From Mobula birostris (lineage: Eukaryota), in contig NC_092384.1 in assembly GCF_030028105.1 (NCBI RefSeq), forward strand, positions 64,609,095 to 64,673,094: a stretch of 64,000 nucleotides of DNA, read 5' to 3'. A program made the position numbers and the translations under genes. Positions 12,164 through 23,510 of this stretch are shown here, piece after piece. Position 1 is the first letter of the stretch. The number at the start of each line of letters is the position of its first letter. Below the pieces are notes generated by a model. It was not told where the DNA came from and did not search any database. It saw nothing but the letters and a program-made list of their open reading frames with translations.

Positions 12164-13601
12164 CTGTGGAGAGTCAGAAGATGTTGTGATAAAATTCAAA
12201 ACACTGATACTCAAAAGGGAGCGTACAGCATGAGATTCATCCGACATGTTTTCTCCAGTCTAATGTAAAGTTTAAAATATGCAAAAAAAGCTGCTAGTCA
12301 TACAGGTGAAGAATGATAATAATGCTACCTATTGGCATGATATAATCTTCAAATACAATCTAGATTGGTCAACTACCCGGGCTGTAATATTCTCCAGTTT
12401 TGTTAGTACTACACAAAACTCTACATTGATGCATGCAACAAAGATTAAATTCCAATTGAATAACATTCATAGTCCCCTAGCACGTCAGTCCTTGACCCAA
12501 ATGAAGGATCACTTGTTACTGAGTTTGCTATTGACCACTTGTTGAGAGCTTGACTGTCCCCTCCCCCCACCAAAAAGATACCTAGGTATTGATCCAAGAG
12601 AGAAGCTCTTCAAGTTGCATTTTGGCAGTGAAACTGGGATAGAAAATCAGGACTGTATATATCAACTTTAGTTTTGAAATTATGAAATTTTGAATAGAAA
12701 TTAACTGCTTAAGAATTAAGAGATTTGGTATAATGTCAAAAAATACAGATATTTGGAGATAATGCTGTTTTATAAAAGCAGACAAAGATTACGTTGAGAT
12801 TATTATATATGTCAGAGAAACATGGGTTACTATAATTATGCACACCGATGAAATAACTGCAAAAAAACTACATATACCAATTAGAATAGCTCACAATCTG
12901 AATGAAGCCTTGAAAGGGAAATCTTACATTCTGCAAGATATTTTATTGTACAAATAAAGAGATTACTTTAAAAGGCATGAGGAACATACAGTATAATTTC
13001 GGAAACTCAAATTAAAAGCAGAATTAAAATTGTTATTTAGAAAGGTAACTTTGAGCATTTGGAAAAAGCTGTCCAGAGGAACAATAGTAAATGAAGATTG
13101 AGCTAGCGATGAAGACATGAGTTTAATAGCCTTCCTTGATTTTACTTTTTAATTATGAAAATTGTGCATTAGGCTTGATTATTTTATACATGTACATATA
13201 TAATGTGACAATACAGACAAGGTGCTCATTTATAAATGCATGTAGAATATGGATGCAACTACAAAAAACTTTTGATGCAGAACACTTCAATCAGTTTTGG
13301 AACTACTGCAATGGTGAAAGTGGCCGAACTTTATCAACTGAAAGTTTATCAACTATAGCTTCAACCTACAAGTGAGTTCTATGCAATAGGAAAATTAAAA
13401 GCTCCTTAATAACATTTTACAGAATAAAAACAAGATCAAAAATGATTTATTACAACAAGATTTCAAACATTTGTTACCTAACAGGACCACAGAAGAGAAT
13501 AGATCTCTAAATTCAGAATATATCAAATAATACCAAACTAGCATTCTCTACATCAACTCAAATTTAGAAAATCGAACCAGATATAATCACTTTTAACTCA
13601 C

Positions 13602-13680
13602 CACGTCCATGAGCTTGCATGCAAACAGTAGTGGAAAGTGCACGCTTGGTTACAAGTCTCAGGGCTCTTGAAACCAACAT
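13602..13680 (-). CDS. COX4I1: COX4I1 exon 2, first coding exon (mitochondrial presequence)
   Basis: ttgcag|G ATG: MLVSRALRLVTKRALSTTVCMQAHGR|gtgagt. The four exons sum to 507 nt = 168 aa + stop. Isoform 1 is assigned from adjacency to EMC8. Confidence 0.95.
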
Positions 13681-14169
13681 CCTGCAACATTTGAGCAAAG
13701 AATACACGTCAGATACTATTTTCAACTGTCAATGGCAGAAATAAATCACTAATTATTCTGCACAACATCTCAGTTGCAAATGTTATCATTCAAAATTAAA
13801 TTAGTGTAATGTTGAAATCAAACAAAAAGTTTGAAAGTTTTCAAGTCAGGTTCTGGTTACTTTCATTGATCAATAACTGATCATTCTTATAAAAAGTGAG
13901 CAAAACGAACTCCATAGATGATGTCCAATCAAATAACTATTTCTATTGTTATATTATCAATACCTTGATCATTTAAAAACAAATCCAAGGGTCAAATGCA
14001 ATCACTAACTAAGATAGGCAAGATTTAAAACAAAGTCATAAGTAACCTAAAGGTGGAACAGAATAGGTGACCCACAATACTACAAGCTGCTTTAATTCAG
14101 GAAAAAAAACACTATCTGCAAGTTATCCTTTAGTATATTGCCATATCCTGAACTATACATTTATGTATC

Positions 14170-15860
14170 AAGGTCTTAGGAACAGGATTTATGAACATTT
14201 GGTGACGCATAGTCTGATTAGGGATGGTCATCACTGCTTTGTAGGGCAGGTGATGCCTCATGAGCCTGAATGACCCTTTTGAGGAATGAAACGAACTGAT
14301 GAAGGTAGAATAATAGCTGTGGTGCATATGGATTTTAGTCAGGCACTTGACAAGGTTTCCCATGAAAGGCTCATTCAGAAAGTCACAAAGTAGGGGATCC
14401 ATGGAAATTTTGCAGCATAAATTCAGAATTAGCAAGCCCACAGAAGGCAGAGGGTGGTAGTAGATGGAGCATATTGTGCCTGAAGGTGGTTGCTGACCAG
14501 TGCTGTTTTACAGGGATCTGTTTTGGGACACCTATTCATTGTGATTTTTATAAATGGCTTGGATGAGCAAGGGGAAGAGCAGGTTAGTAAGTCTGCAAGT
14601 GACTGGTGGTGTTGCGGATAGTGTAAAAGGTTGTTGTAAGTTATAACAGGGCACTGACAGGATGCAAAGCTGGACTGAGAAGTGACAGATGGAGTGCAAC
14701 CCGAAAAAGTGTGAAGTGATATATCTTCAATGGTCAAACTTGAAGGCAGAGTACAAGGTTAATAACAAGATTCTCAGTAAAGTGGTGGAACAGAGATTAA
14801 AAGTAGTTTAACACATGCGCATTGAAACATAGAATGAAATGTGTTGTTTGCATCAAATCAGTGAAGATTATGTTGGACATTTCCAGCACCAACATAGCTT
14901 GACCACAACTCAGTAACCCTAACAGTACATTTTAGGGAATGTAGGAGTAAGCTGAAGCACCTGGAAGGAACCCAAGCAATCACAGGGAGAACGCACAAAC
15001 TACATACAGATTAAGGATCTTGGGCTCCAAGCCCATAGTTCCCTTAAAGTTGCCATGCAGGTTAATAAGGTGGTTAAGGTGATATATGGTGTGATACCTT
15101 CATTAGGCGGAAACTGAGTTCAAGAACTGCGAGGTAATGTTGCAGCTCTATAAAACTCTGATTAGACCACACTTGGAGTATCGTTCAGTTCTGGTGGCCT
15201 CATTAAAGGAGGATGTGGAAGCTTTAGAGACAGTACAGAGGAGATTTACCAGGATGCTAACAGGACTGGAGAACATGTCTTATGAGGGAGGAGAGGCTGA
15301 GCAAGCTAAGGCTTTTCTCTTTGGAACAAAGAGAGATGAGAGGTGATCAAATAGACTATAAGACCATAAGACAAAGGAGTAGAAGTCGGCCATTCAGCCC
15401 ATCAAGTCTGCTCCATCATTTTATCATGAGCTGATCCATTCTCTCATTTAGTCCCACTCCCCCACCTTCTCACCATAACCTTTGATGCCCTGGCTACTCA
15501 GATACCTATCAATCTCTGCCTTAAATACACCCAATGACTTGGCCTCCACTGCCGCCTGTGACAACAAATTCCATAGATTCACCACCCTCTGGCTAAAATA
15601 AAGATGTACAAGAATATGAGAAACAAAGATAGAATGGACAGCTGACACCTTTTTTCCAAGGTGGGAAAGGCTAATGCCAGAGGACACAGTTTTATGGTAA
15701 ATGAAGGAAAATTTAGTGGAAATGTTGTAGTAGTAAGTGCCTGGAATGTACTGCCAGGGGTAGTGGTAGAGGCTGTTATACTATGGTTTGGGCTCTGTAA
15801 GAGTGAAGGGTTAGATTGATCATGGAGAAGGTTAAAGGGTTGGCACAGCGTCATGGGCCA
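14170..15860 (+). mobile_element. Degenerate CR1 LINE fragments with an inserted V-SINE and an opposite-strand CR1 3' tail
   Basis: RT-like remnants (MDFS.ALDKV; MLQLYKTLIRPHLEY). A further decayed CR1 lies at about 16190-17570. Confidence 0.7.
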
Positions 15861-16017
15861 AAGGGCCCATGCTGTGCTGCACAGTTCTATGTTTCACCAA
15901 AGACAGAAACACAATAGAACATGCTACTTTATACTGCATGACCTAAGAACAAGCAATCCCTCGACTCAGCTCAGCACTCGAATACTGCTGGCGGTAAATA
16001 CAGCAAAATCAAAGCTG

Positions 16018-16142
16018 TCATTACTACCTGCATTACAATTATATATATATATATAATTGTAATGTAATGCAGGTAGTAATGAATTACCTTAGAGAAAGAT
16101 ATATATATATATATATATATATATCTTTCTCTAAGGTAATTC
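16018..16142. repeat. Two abutting palindromes each centred on an (AT)n tract
   Basis: 16081-16142 is a perfect 62-bp palindrome gaattaccttagagaaag(AT)n ctttctctaaggtaattc. 16018-16082 is tcattactacctgcattacaatt(AT)n plus its reverse complement with a 5-nt duplication. Confidence 0.9.
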
Positions 16143-18040
16143 TTAAGGATTAGCATTTTGGAAAAGGCAACTACAGATCAGTAGTAGAGAAATTATTGGA
16201 GAAAATTCTAAGGGACAAGATACACGCTAATTTGGAAAGGCAAGGACTTTTTAGGCCTAGGTGGCACTGTTGTGCAAGGCAAAGTTCCTGTCTCACTAAT
16301 TTAAATCTTTAAAGGAGGAAATTTAGGAGACTACAGGCAGGTGGTAGATTTGCCTCTATACTGTCTATATCAAGGGTTCTTAGCCTTTTTTTTTTAAATG
16401 TCCTGGATCAATACCATTAAGCAAGTGGTCCATGGACCCTTAGTAGGAACCTTGCTCCATATGGACTTCAGCACAGTACTTGACCTTTCAGGGTAGGCTA
16501 GTTCAGGCACATGAGATCCATGGCAAGCTGATTAAATTGGATCGAAAATTGGCTTAGTGACGTGAAGCAAAGTAAGGTAACAAAATAAATAGTAATGAAA
16601 GAAGTTTTTTTTTCATGATTGGAAGGCTGTGACTAATGATGTACCAAAGGATTAATACTGGACATTTGTGTATATATATATATGTGACTGTACAGTGTGG
16701 ATGATATGAAAATTGGTGATATTGTGGGAAACAAGGAAGATTGTCTAAGGATGTATCAGTTGAAAAGTTAAACAGACCACTGGCAGATGGTAAACCGGAG
16801 TTAGGACATGTAAAGTGAATGGATGGGCACTAAGGAGCATCGATGAACAGAGACCTATTATCTGCACCATTTATTTTTGTAACAGTAATTTTCATGTCTT
16901 ATGCTGTATTGTTGCCACAAAGTAACAAATTTCATTACATATGTCAGTGACAATAAACCTGATTCTGACAATGGGGTTCCAATCCTGAAAGTGGCAACAC
17001 AGGTGTATAGGCCTATGGCATACTTGCCTTCATAAATCAGGGCAGAGAATTTAAGAGTTAGGGCATTATTTTGCAACCTTACAAAACAATGGTTACACCA
17101 CACCTAAGAGTACTGTGCAATTATGATTGCTACACTGGAGGAAGGGGGTGATTAAGCTAGAAAGAATGCAGAAGAGATTCACCAGGATGTTACTTGGATC
17201 AGATGAATTTAGTTAGGTGGAGAGATTGAATAAGCTGGGTTTGTTTTCCCCAGAACAAAGAAGGAAACTGACAGAAGTACATAAGATTATGAGAGGCATT
17301 GTAGGAAGTACCAAAATCAAAAAGACATCCATTTAATGCAAGAGAAATGGGTTTAAAGAGGAATTTGAAGGGTATTTTATAAAGAGTGGTTGACATCTGG
17401 AAGGCACTGCCAGACAGGGTGGTGGAATCAGATACTGTACATTTGAGAGCCAGTTAGACTGAGACTTAATAGACTTGAATAGGGAAGGTGTAGGATATGG
17501 GATTAGTGTAGATGTGAAGAAGGGTGGGCATGAATGTAGTGGGCAAAATGACCTGTTTCTGTTTTTACAACTCTGATTGCATCTTAAGTACAGTTGATTA
17601 AACAGTATGTATGATCTTGCAGAGTAATCTTAAAACCACATACACAAGAGAAATTGAAATTATACTCTGACATTGCTACAAACCTAGATTTTACCCAGAA
17701 TACTATATCCTCAAAAATGATCATCCTGAGAAATGAATTAGTTCAATTACTCCATTTGCAACTATCATATAATGTACATAAATTACAAGCAGCCTATCAT
17801 TTTGACATTAAAACTCCATTGTCAAAACAAATTCCAATTTATTAGTTTTCCAAGCTACTAAATGCAAGGCTAATTTTTTTTTTAAAAACGACTTTCAAAT
17901 TCATGTATTCTCAATAGTTCCAAATACAAACATTGTTCCTATCTTATTAGCCCATGACCATCAAGGGTCGGCTATCTCCCCCACACCCGCGTGAAAATTA
18001 AAAGATTAAAACTTTCACCCAGCAATGCGTTCTACCAGAT

Positions 18041-18059
18041 GCAAGGTCAATCAAGGTCA
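18041..18059 (+). promoter_or_regulatory. Perfect DR4 nuclear-receptor element / tandem ERR-type sites in COX4I1 intron 1
   Basis: gcaAGGTCAatcaAGGTCA; the second half is the full extended site TCAAGGTCA. Confidence 0.5.
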
Positions 18060-18835
18060 CCAAGAAACAAAATTCAATAAAACGTCAAGTCAGCCTTGCC
18101 AATAATGCAAGACTATTCTCAGCTGTTTGTTTTATTCCTGCGCGTGGTAAATACGTACAGTATGATCTGTCAATGTGATACACATACAAAAAAAAAGCTT
18201 TTTCGCTGCATCTTGGTGCTGAGACAATAATAAACCAATACCCATGTCTCCAGGATGAACTGATAATAAATATTCAAATATGACCAAATTCCTACGATAG
18301 GGATACTTCACTTTTTATAGAAATATTTCTACCTGGTTTGTGAAAGACTCGAGGATGGGATGAATCAACCCTCTAGGGGGCCCTTCCATTCTCCCAGGGG
18401 CATTAATGTCTCACCATCCATCACCAAACCCCAATGGCTACAGGTTCTTCCCAGACAGGGCCTTTTTTTTTGCCCTCAGGCACTCCCCTTCCTTAATTCT
18501 CGGAGTATCCTCCTCCAAACCTCCAAAGCTCTCCTGGCGGAGTTGCCGCAGCAGCTCGCAACACACTCAAGGGCAAGGAGTCCGGTGCACATCGCATCCA
18601 GCGGGCCAGTGTGCGGGGCTGGGAGCGGAATGGGTGCGGGGATGGATTAAGAACAAGATGATGGGGAAGGGGCTGGGAGAAAACGAGGTGCTGCGGAGAA
18701 CGGCGGGGGGGGGGGGTGGCACCGGCGCCATGTCGTTTCTCCCACCGACTCAGGATCCGCAGCGGCGCTCGGAGCCACACCCGACCGAGGTCCCAGCACC
18801 TGTCGGCCGGCAGCAGCCCAACGGCACCCACTCAC

Positions 18836-18938
18836 TTGCCAAGCGACGGCGGGTGCACTGACAACCGCGGGACCGTTAACGCCGGCTCCGTCGCCTGAAC
18901 CTACGGGAAGGTGACGTTAACGCAGCCGGTGGAAGAGG
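18836..18938 (-). other. COX4I1: COX4I1 non-coding exon 1 within a CpG island (about 18500-18990)
   Basis: The nearest CpG island upstream of exon 2. Donor GGCAA|gtgagt at 18835; pyrimidine initiator-like CCTCTTCC at 18931-18938. The TSS is approximate. Confidence 0.7.
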
Positions 18939-18956
18939 CCCGGTGTGCAAAGCACT

Positions 18957-18981
18957 GCGGGAAAAGGTAACCCATGGCAAC
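18957..18981. promoter_or_regulatory. COX4I1 proximal promoter motifs: E2F-like GCGGGAAA and RFX X-box
   Basis: gcgggaaa at 18957-18964; GTAACC-CAT-GGCAAC at 18967-18981 fits GTNRCC(N0-3)RGYAAC. Confidence 0.45.
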
Positions 18982-20590
18982 CAAGCCTTAAACTGATGAT
19001 CTGAGGACTGTCTGCAAAACATTCACTCATACAGGTCGTGTTAGGACTAGAGGCGGTCCTGGTAGGTTGGAATGGTCTGTTATCCTGCTCTAATTTTTAT
19101 AAATCTCTAAATAATAAAAAAACTTATTCCACTATACATCCATGAAGTAGTAAAAGGTACTTTTTAAAAATATAGTTTTCTTTACAATTATATCCAGGAG
19201 ACACATGCTAAATCAAGAAAGTTCTTGTACACTTTTCAATGAGCCTTCCCCCCCCCCTTTGTCCTTTATACAGTGAAGATCTCACAAGATTCTTTGTGCT
19301 CTCACTGCATGCCCCCCCCCCCGGCTCCCCATATCATCTGAATAGTGTGTCGCCAATGGATCTGAGATTCCCAGCAGCTAATGGGATGTTGCTTTCATTG
19401 TCCACCTGGTAATCTCCTTCTACGTCAGAGCTCAAAGTAGAGTAGCTCAGGCTGCACATTGAAATATAGAAAGGCTATTCATGTCGTTTCTAAATGGAAC
19501 TATCTGGAATAGACATGTGGAAATGTGAGCAGCACATCTGTGCACAGAAGACATGATGGGCCAAATGGCCTTTTCTTCTGCCGTACTGTTATAGAGTCAT
19601 AAGGCATGGAAACAAGTCCTTCAGCCAAACTCAACCATGCCAACCATGGTGCCCAACAAGTTAGTCCCATTTGCCCATCTTCAGCATTCATCACTTTAAA
19701 TTTCTCCTATCCGTATACTTTGCCAAATGTCTTTTCATCTGGCTGTATTCATAGGTATTCTTGTATGGTTGAATGACAATCAAACTTGAACTTTTAAATG
19801 CCGTTACTGTACCTGCCTCAACCACTTTCACTGGCAGCTCATTGCATATGCGGACCACTCTGTGTGAAGAAGTTACGCCTCAGGTTCCTTTTAAATCTTT
19901 CACCTCTCACCTTAAACCAATGTCCTCTAGCTTTTAGCTCTTCTCTGGGAAAAGGACTACGTGCATTCACCATGTCTCTACCCCTTATGATTTTATACAC
20001 CTCATAAAAGGTTAGTGTGGGCACGTGGTCAAGTGGTTAAGGCATTTGACTAGTGATCTGAAGGTCGTGAGTTTGAGCCCCAGCCAAGGCAGCGTGTTGT
20101 GTCTTTGAGCAAGGCACTTAATCACACAGTGCTCTGCGACGACACTGGTGCCAAGCTGTATGGGTCCTAAGCACCTATTTATACTCAAGCCATTGACCCT
20201 CATTTGATTTGTAGCCTTTGCCATTCAGATGCTCATCTAAATGTCTCTTAAAAGTTGTGAGGTGTAAAAGTTGTAAGGTGGCTTGTTCCAGGTTCCAACC
20301 ACACTCTGGATTAAAGCATTCTTCCTCAAGTGCCCTCTAAATCTCTTACTTCTTTGCTTAAATCGATGCCAGCTGAACTCAGACAACTCCATGATTGAGT
20401 AAAGTTTTTATTATCTACCCTCTCTATATTATAGACAGGTCACCCCACAGCCTCCTCTGCTCCAGTGAAAACAAACACAGCCTATCCAGTCTTCTTTGTT
20501 TCTGAAATACTCCATCCCAGGAAGGCTCTTGAAGAATCTCTTCTCCATCCTCCAGTGCAATTACATCCTTCCTTTAATGTGGAGATCAGA

Positions 20591-21231
20591 AGGAGGGAGG
20601 AGAAGATGGCGGCGCAACGCAGCGCGCGCGGCCATTCCGAATGAATATCAACTACGTGTAACTAGGGGTGCCGTGCACAATCCGGATTTGATGGAGACAG
20701 CCGTGAGAAGCGCAGAGGAACATCTGGAGTAACTTCTGAAATGCCTGCTTCGCTGTCGCTGCTACTGTGCAATCGAGAATCTCCAGAGACGAAGGTCCCA
20801 AATCCTTGGCTTTGCCCATTGCCTGTTGCCGGGGTCGAAGCGCTCAGCAGAGATGGTGCTCGGTGTCGAAGAGGTGGTCGGAGGCTCGGAGTTTTCGGAC
20901 GGACTCGGAGTCGGACTGTGGTCAGATGCTTCCAGGATGCTGCATTGGCAAGTTGGTGGCGCTGGAGGTTTACCGTCTGCGTGAGATGATGGGACTTTTG
21001 AGACACTTTGAGACTTTTACTGTGTCATGGTCTGTTCTTATCAAATTACGGTATTGCTTTGCACTGTTGTAACTATATGTTATAATTATGTGGTTTTTGT
21101 TAGTTTTTAAGTCAGTATGTCATGTGTTTTCATGATCATTCTTGAAAATCATTGTATCATTTCTTAATGCATGCATTGCTAAATGACAATAAAAGGGGAC
21201 TGCATGTCCTCATAATCATAATAATCATAAT
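20591..21231 (+). mobile_element. Non-autonomous retroelement with GC-rich head and (ATAATC)n tail, inserted in a CR1 fragment
   Basis: Starts with AAGATGGCGGC and ends AATAAA...ataatcataataatcataat. The host CR1 sequence (tggagatcag|aattgcacacagtactcc) is continuous across it. Confidence 0.65.
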
Positions 21232-22143
21232 AGAATTGCACACAGTACTCCAGCCGTGGCCAGCCAATGATTTATAAAGTTGTAGAGTTTCTCTCTGTAC
21301 TTATGTTCTATGCCCTAGCTAATTAAGCATACCATACACTTTCTCAGCCATCTTATCTGCCTGTGCTGCCACCTTCAGGGATCTATGGACATAGCTAAAG
21401 AAATGCAGGTGTAGCTCTGTTGTTAAAAAAAATTAAATCAGATTCTTAGAAAGTCACGACATAGGATTGGAAGAAGTAGGGACTTTGTGGGTCGACTTAA
21501 GAAACTGCAAGGGTAAAAAGACCCTGATAGGAGTTATATACAGGCCTGCGAACAGTAGCTAAGATGTGGGCTACAAATTACAACAGGAAATAGAAAAGGC
21601 ATATAAGAAGGTACTCTGACTCCTCATCTTCTTTTTCTCCTTTCCTGCCTAAGGGTCTTGGCCTGAAACGTTTGCTGTAATCTCTTCCATAGATGCTGCC
21701 TGACCTGCTGAGTTCCTCCAGCATTTTGTGTGTGTTACTCGGTGTTCCAGCAACTGCAGATTTTCTCCTGTTTGTAAAAAGGGCAATGTTGCGATACTCA
21801 TGGGGGATTTCAATTTGCAGGTAGATTGGGAAGATCAGGTTGGTACTGGATCCCAACAGAGTGAATTTGTAGAATGCGTATGAGATGGCTTTTTAGAGCA
21901 GCTTGTGGTTGAGCCCACTAGGGAACAGCAATTCTGTCTGGGTGTTATGTAATGACCCAGATTTTATTAGGGAGCTTAAGGTAAAGGAACCCTTAGGAGA
22001 GGTGTTCATTATATGATAGAATTCGCCCTGCAGTTTGGGGAGAAGCTAAAATCGGATGTATCAGTACTACAGTAGAGTAAAGGGAATTACTGAGGCATGA
22101 GAGAGGAGCTGGTCAAAGTTGATTGGAAGGGGACACTAGCAGG

Positions 22144-22702
22144 TGTTGTAGTGTGGATGAAATCATCGGAGAGACAGAGTTACTGGTAGATACAAAGCAG
22201 CTTCTTTATTCGACACAACAAGGTACAGCAGGCATCATACAGACGGAGACGCTTTCGGTAGAAAGGTCTGCTAGCCCAATGTGGGCTCGATATTTATACA
22301 CTAAACACAAAGGCAATTGCTACTTAAAAGGTTATAGACAATGCTTACTTTTGAAGCTACCTACAAACATCACACCTTCTGATTTAAAGCTTTCCTTCCG
22401 ACGCCAACATGTCTGGGTTGGTATCCACAGCCTTTAGGAATGCAAGTTAAATCCACAATACATTTATTTGGCATTTTACATGCTACATAGAAGACAATTA
22501 ATATTTATAAAGTATAGATAATACTGTCTTCGAAACTACAGCATCTGGTCAAACTACGGCACCAGAAACATCTGGTATTCACACCTTTTTAGGAAGCGCA
22601 TTGTTGTGGACTCAATCCACAGTACCTTGTCAAATAGAAGTCTGGTGGCCAAAGTCATTTAAGTGTAAACAAATCATCTACCCAAAAAAACTCACTCTAA
22701 CA
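22144..22702 (-). mobile_element. Solo LTR (559 bp) inserted in a CR1 fragment
   Basis: TGTT...AACA termini, exact 5-bp TSD GCAGG (22139-22143 and 22703-22707), TATA-like motif then AATAAA on the minus strand. Confidence 0.8.
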
Positions 22703-23510
22703 GCAGGGATGATGGCAGAAGAGCAACGGCTGAGGTTTCTGGAAGCAATTCGGGAGGCACAAGAATGATACACCCCAAAGAAGAAATGTTCTAAAGGGAG
22801 GATGGGGTAACCATGGCTGTCGAGGGAGGTCAAAGACAGCTTAAAGGCAAAGGAGCGGGCATATAATATAGAATCAGGATCAGGTTTAATATCACCGACA
22901 TATATCATGAAATATGTAAAATTGGCAGCAGCAGTACAATACATGATAATATAGAAGCAAAGTAAATACATGTCAATTATAGTAAGTGTGTACATGTATG
23001 TGTGTGTGTATATATGTGTGTGTGTGTGTAGTGTTCATGGGTTCAATGCACATTTAGGAATCGAATGGCAGAGGGAAAAAAGCTGTTCCTGAATCATTGA
23101 GTGTGTGCCTTCAGACTTTTGTACCTCCTTCTTGATGGTAAAAATGAGAAGTGGTCATGTCCTAGGTGATGGGGGTCCTCAAAAATGGATGCCGCCCTTT
23201 TGAGGCATTGCTCCTTGAAGATGGCTTGGATAATACAGAGGTTGGTACCCATGATGGAGCTGACTGATTTTACAAATTTCTTTAGCTTCTTTCAGTTCTG
23301 CGCAATAGAAGGGTCTTGGCCCGAAATGTCGACAGTACTCTTTTCCATAAATGCTGTCTGGCCCTCTGAGCTCCTCCTACATTTTGCGTGTGTGTTGCTT
23401 AGCTCTATATAATGCTATGTACATGCAGTATATTGTTCTTTGTAGTGTTGTACTGTGAAAGCAGATTCACAGTTTTGGTGAGTAAGACAGAAAACACTGA
23501 TCATGAATAA

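Noticed and set aside
18360-18898. Overlapping 60-151 aa ORFs on both strands
   Set aside because: Stop-poor GC-rich CpG island (COX4I1 exon 1/intron 1) with no protein motifs.
18994-19004. TGATGA..CTGA C/D-box-like words
   Set aside because: The boxes are adjacent with no guide region or terminal stem; not a snoRNA.
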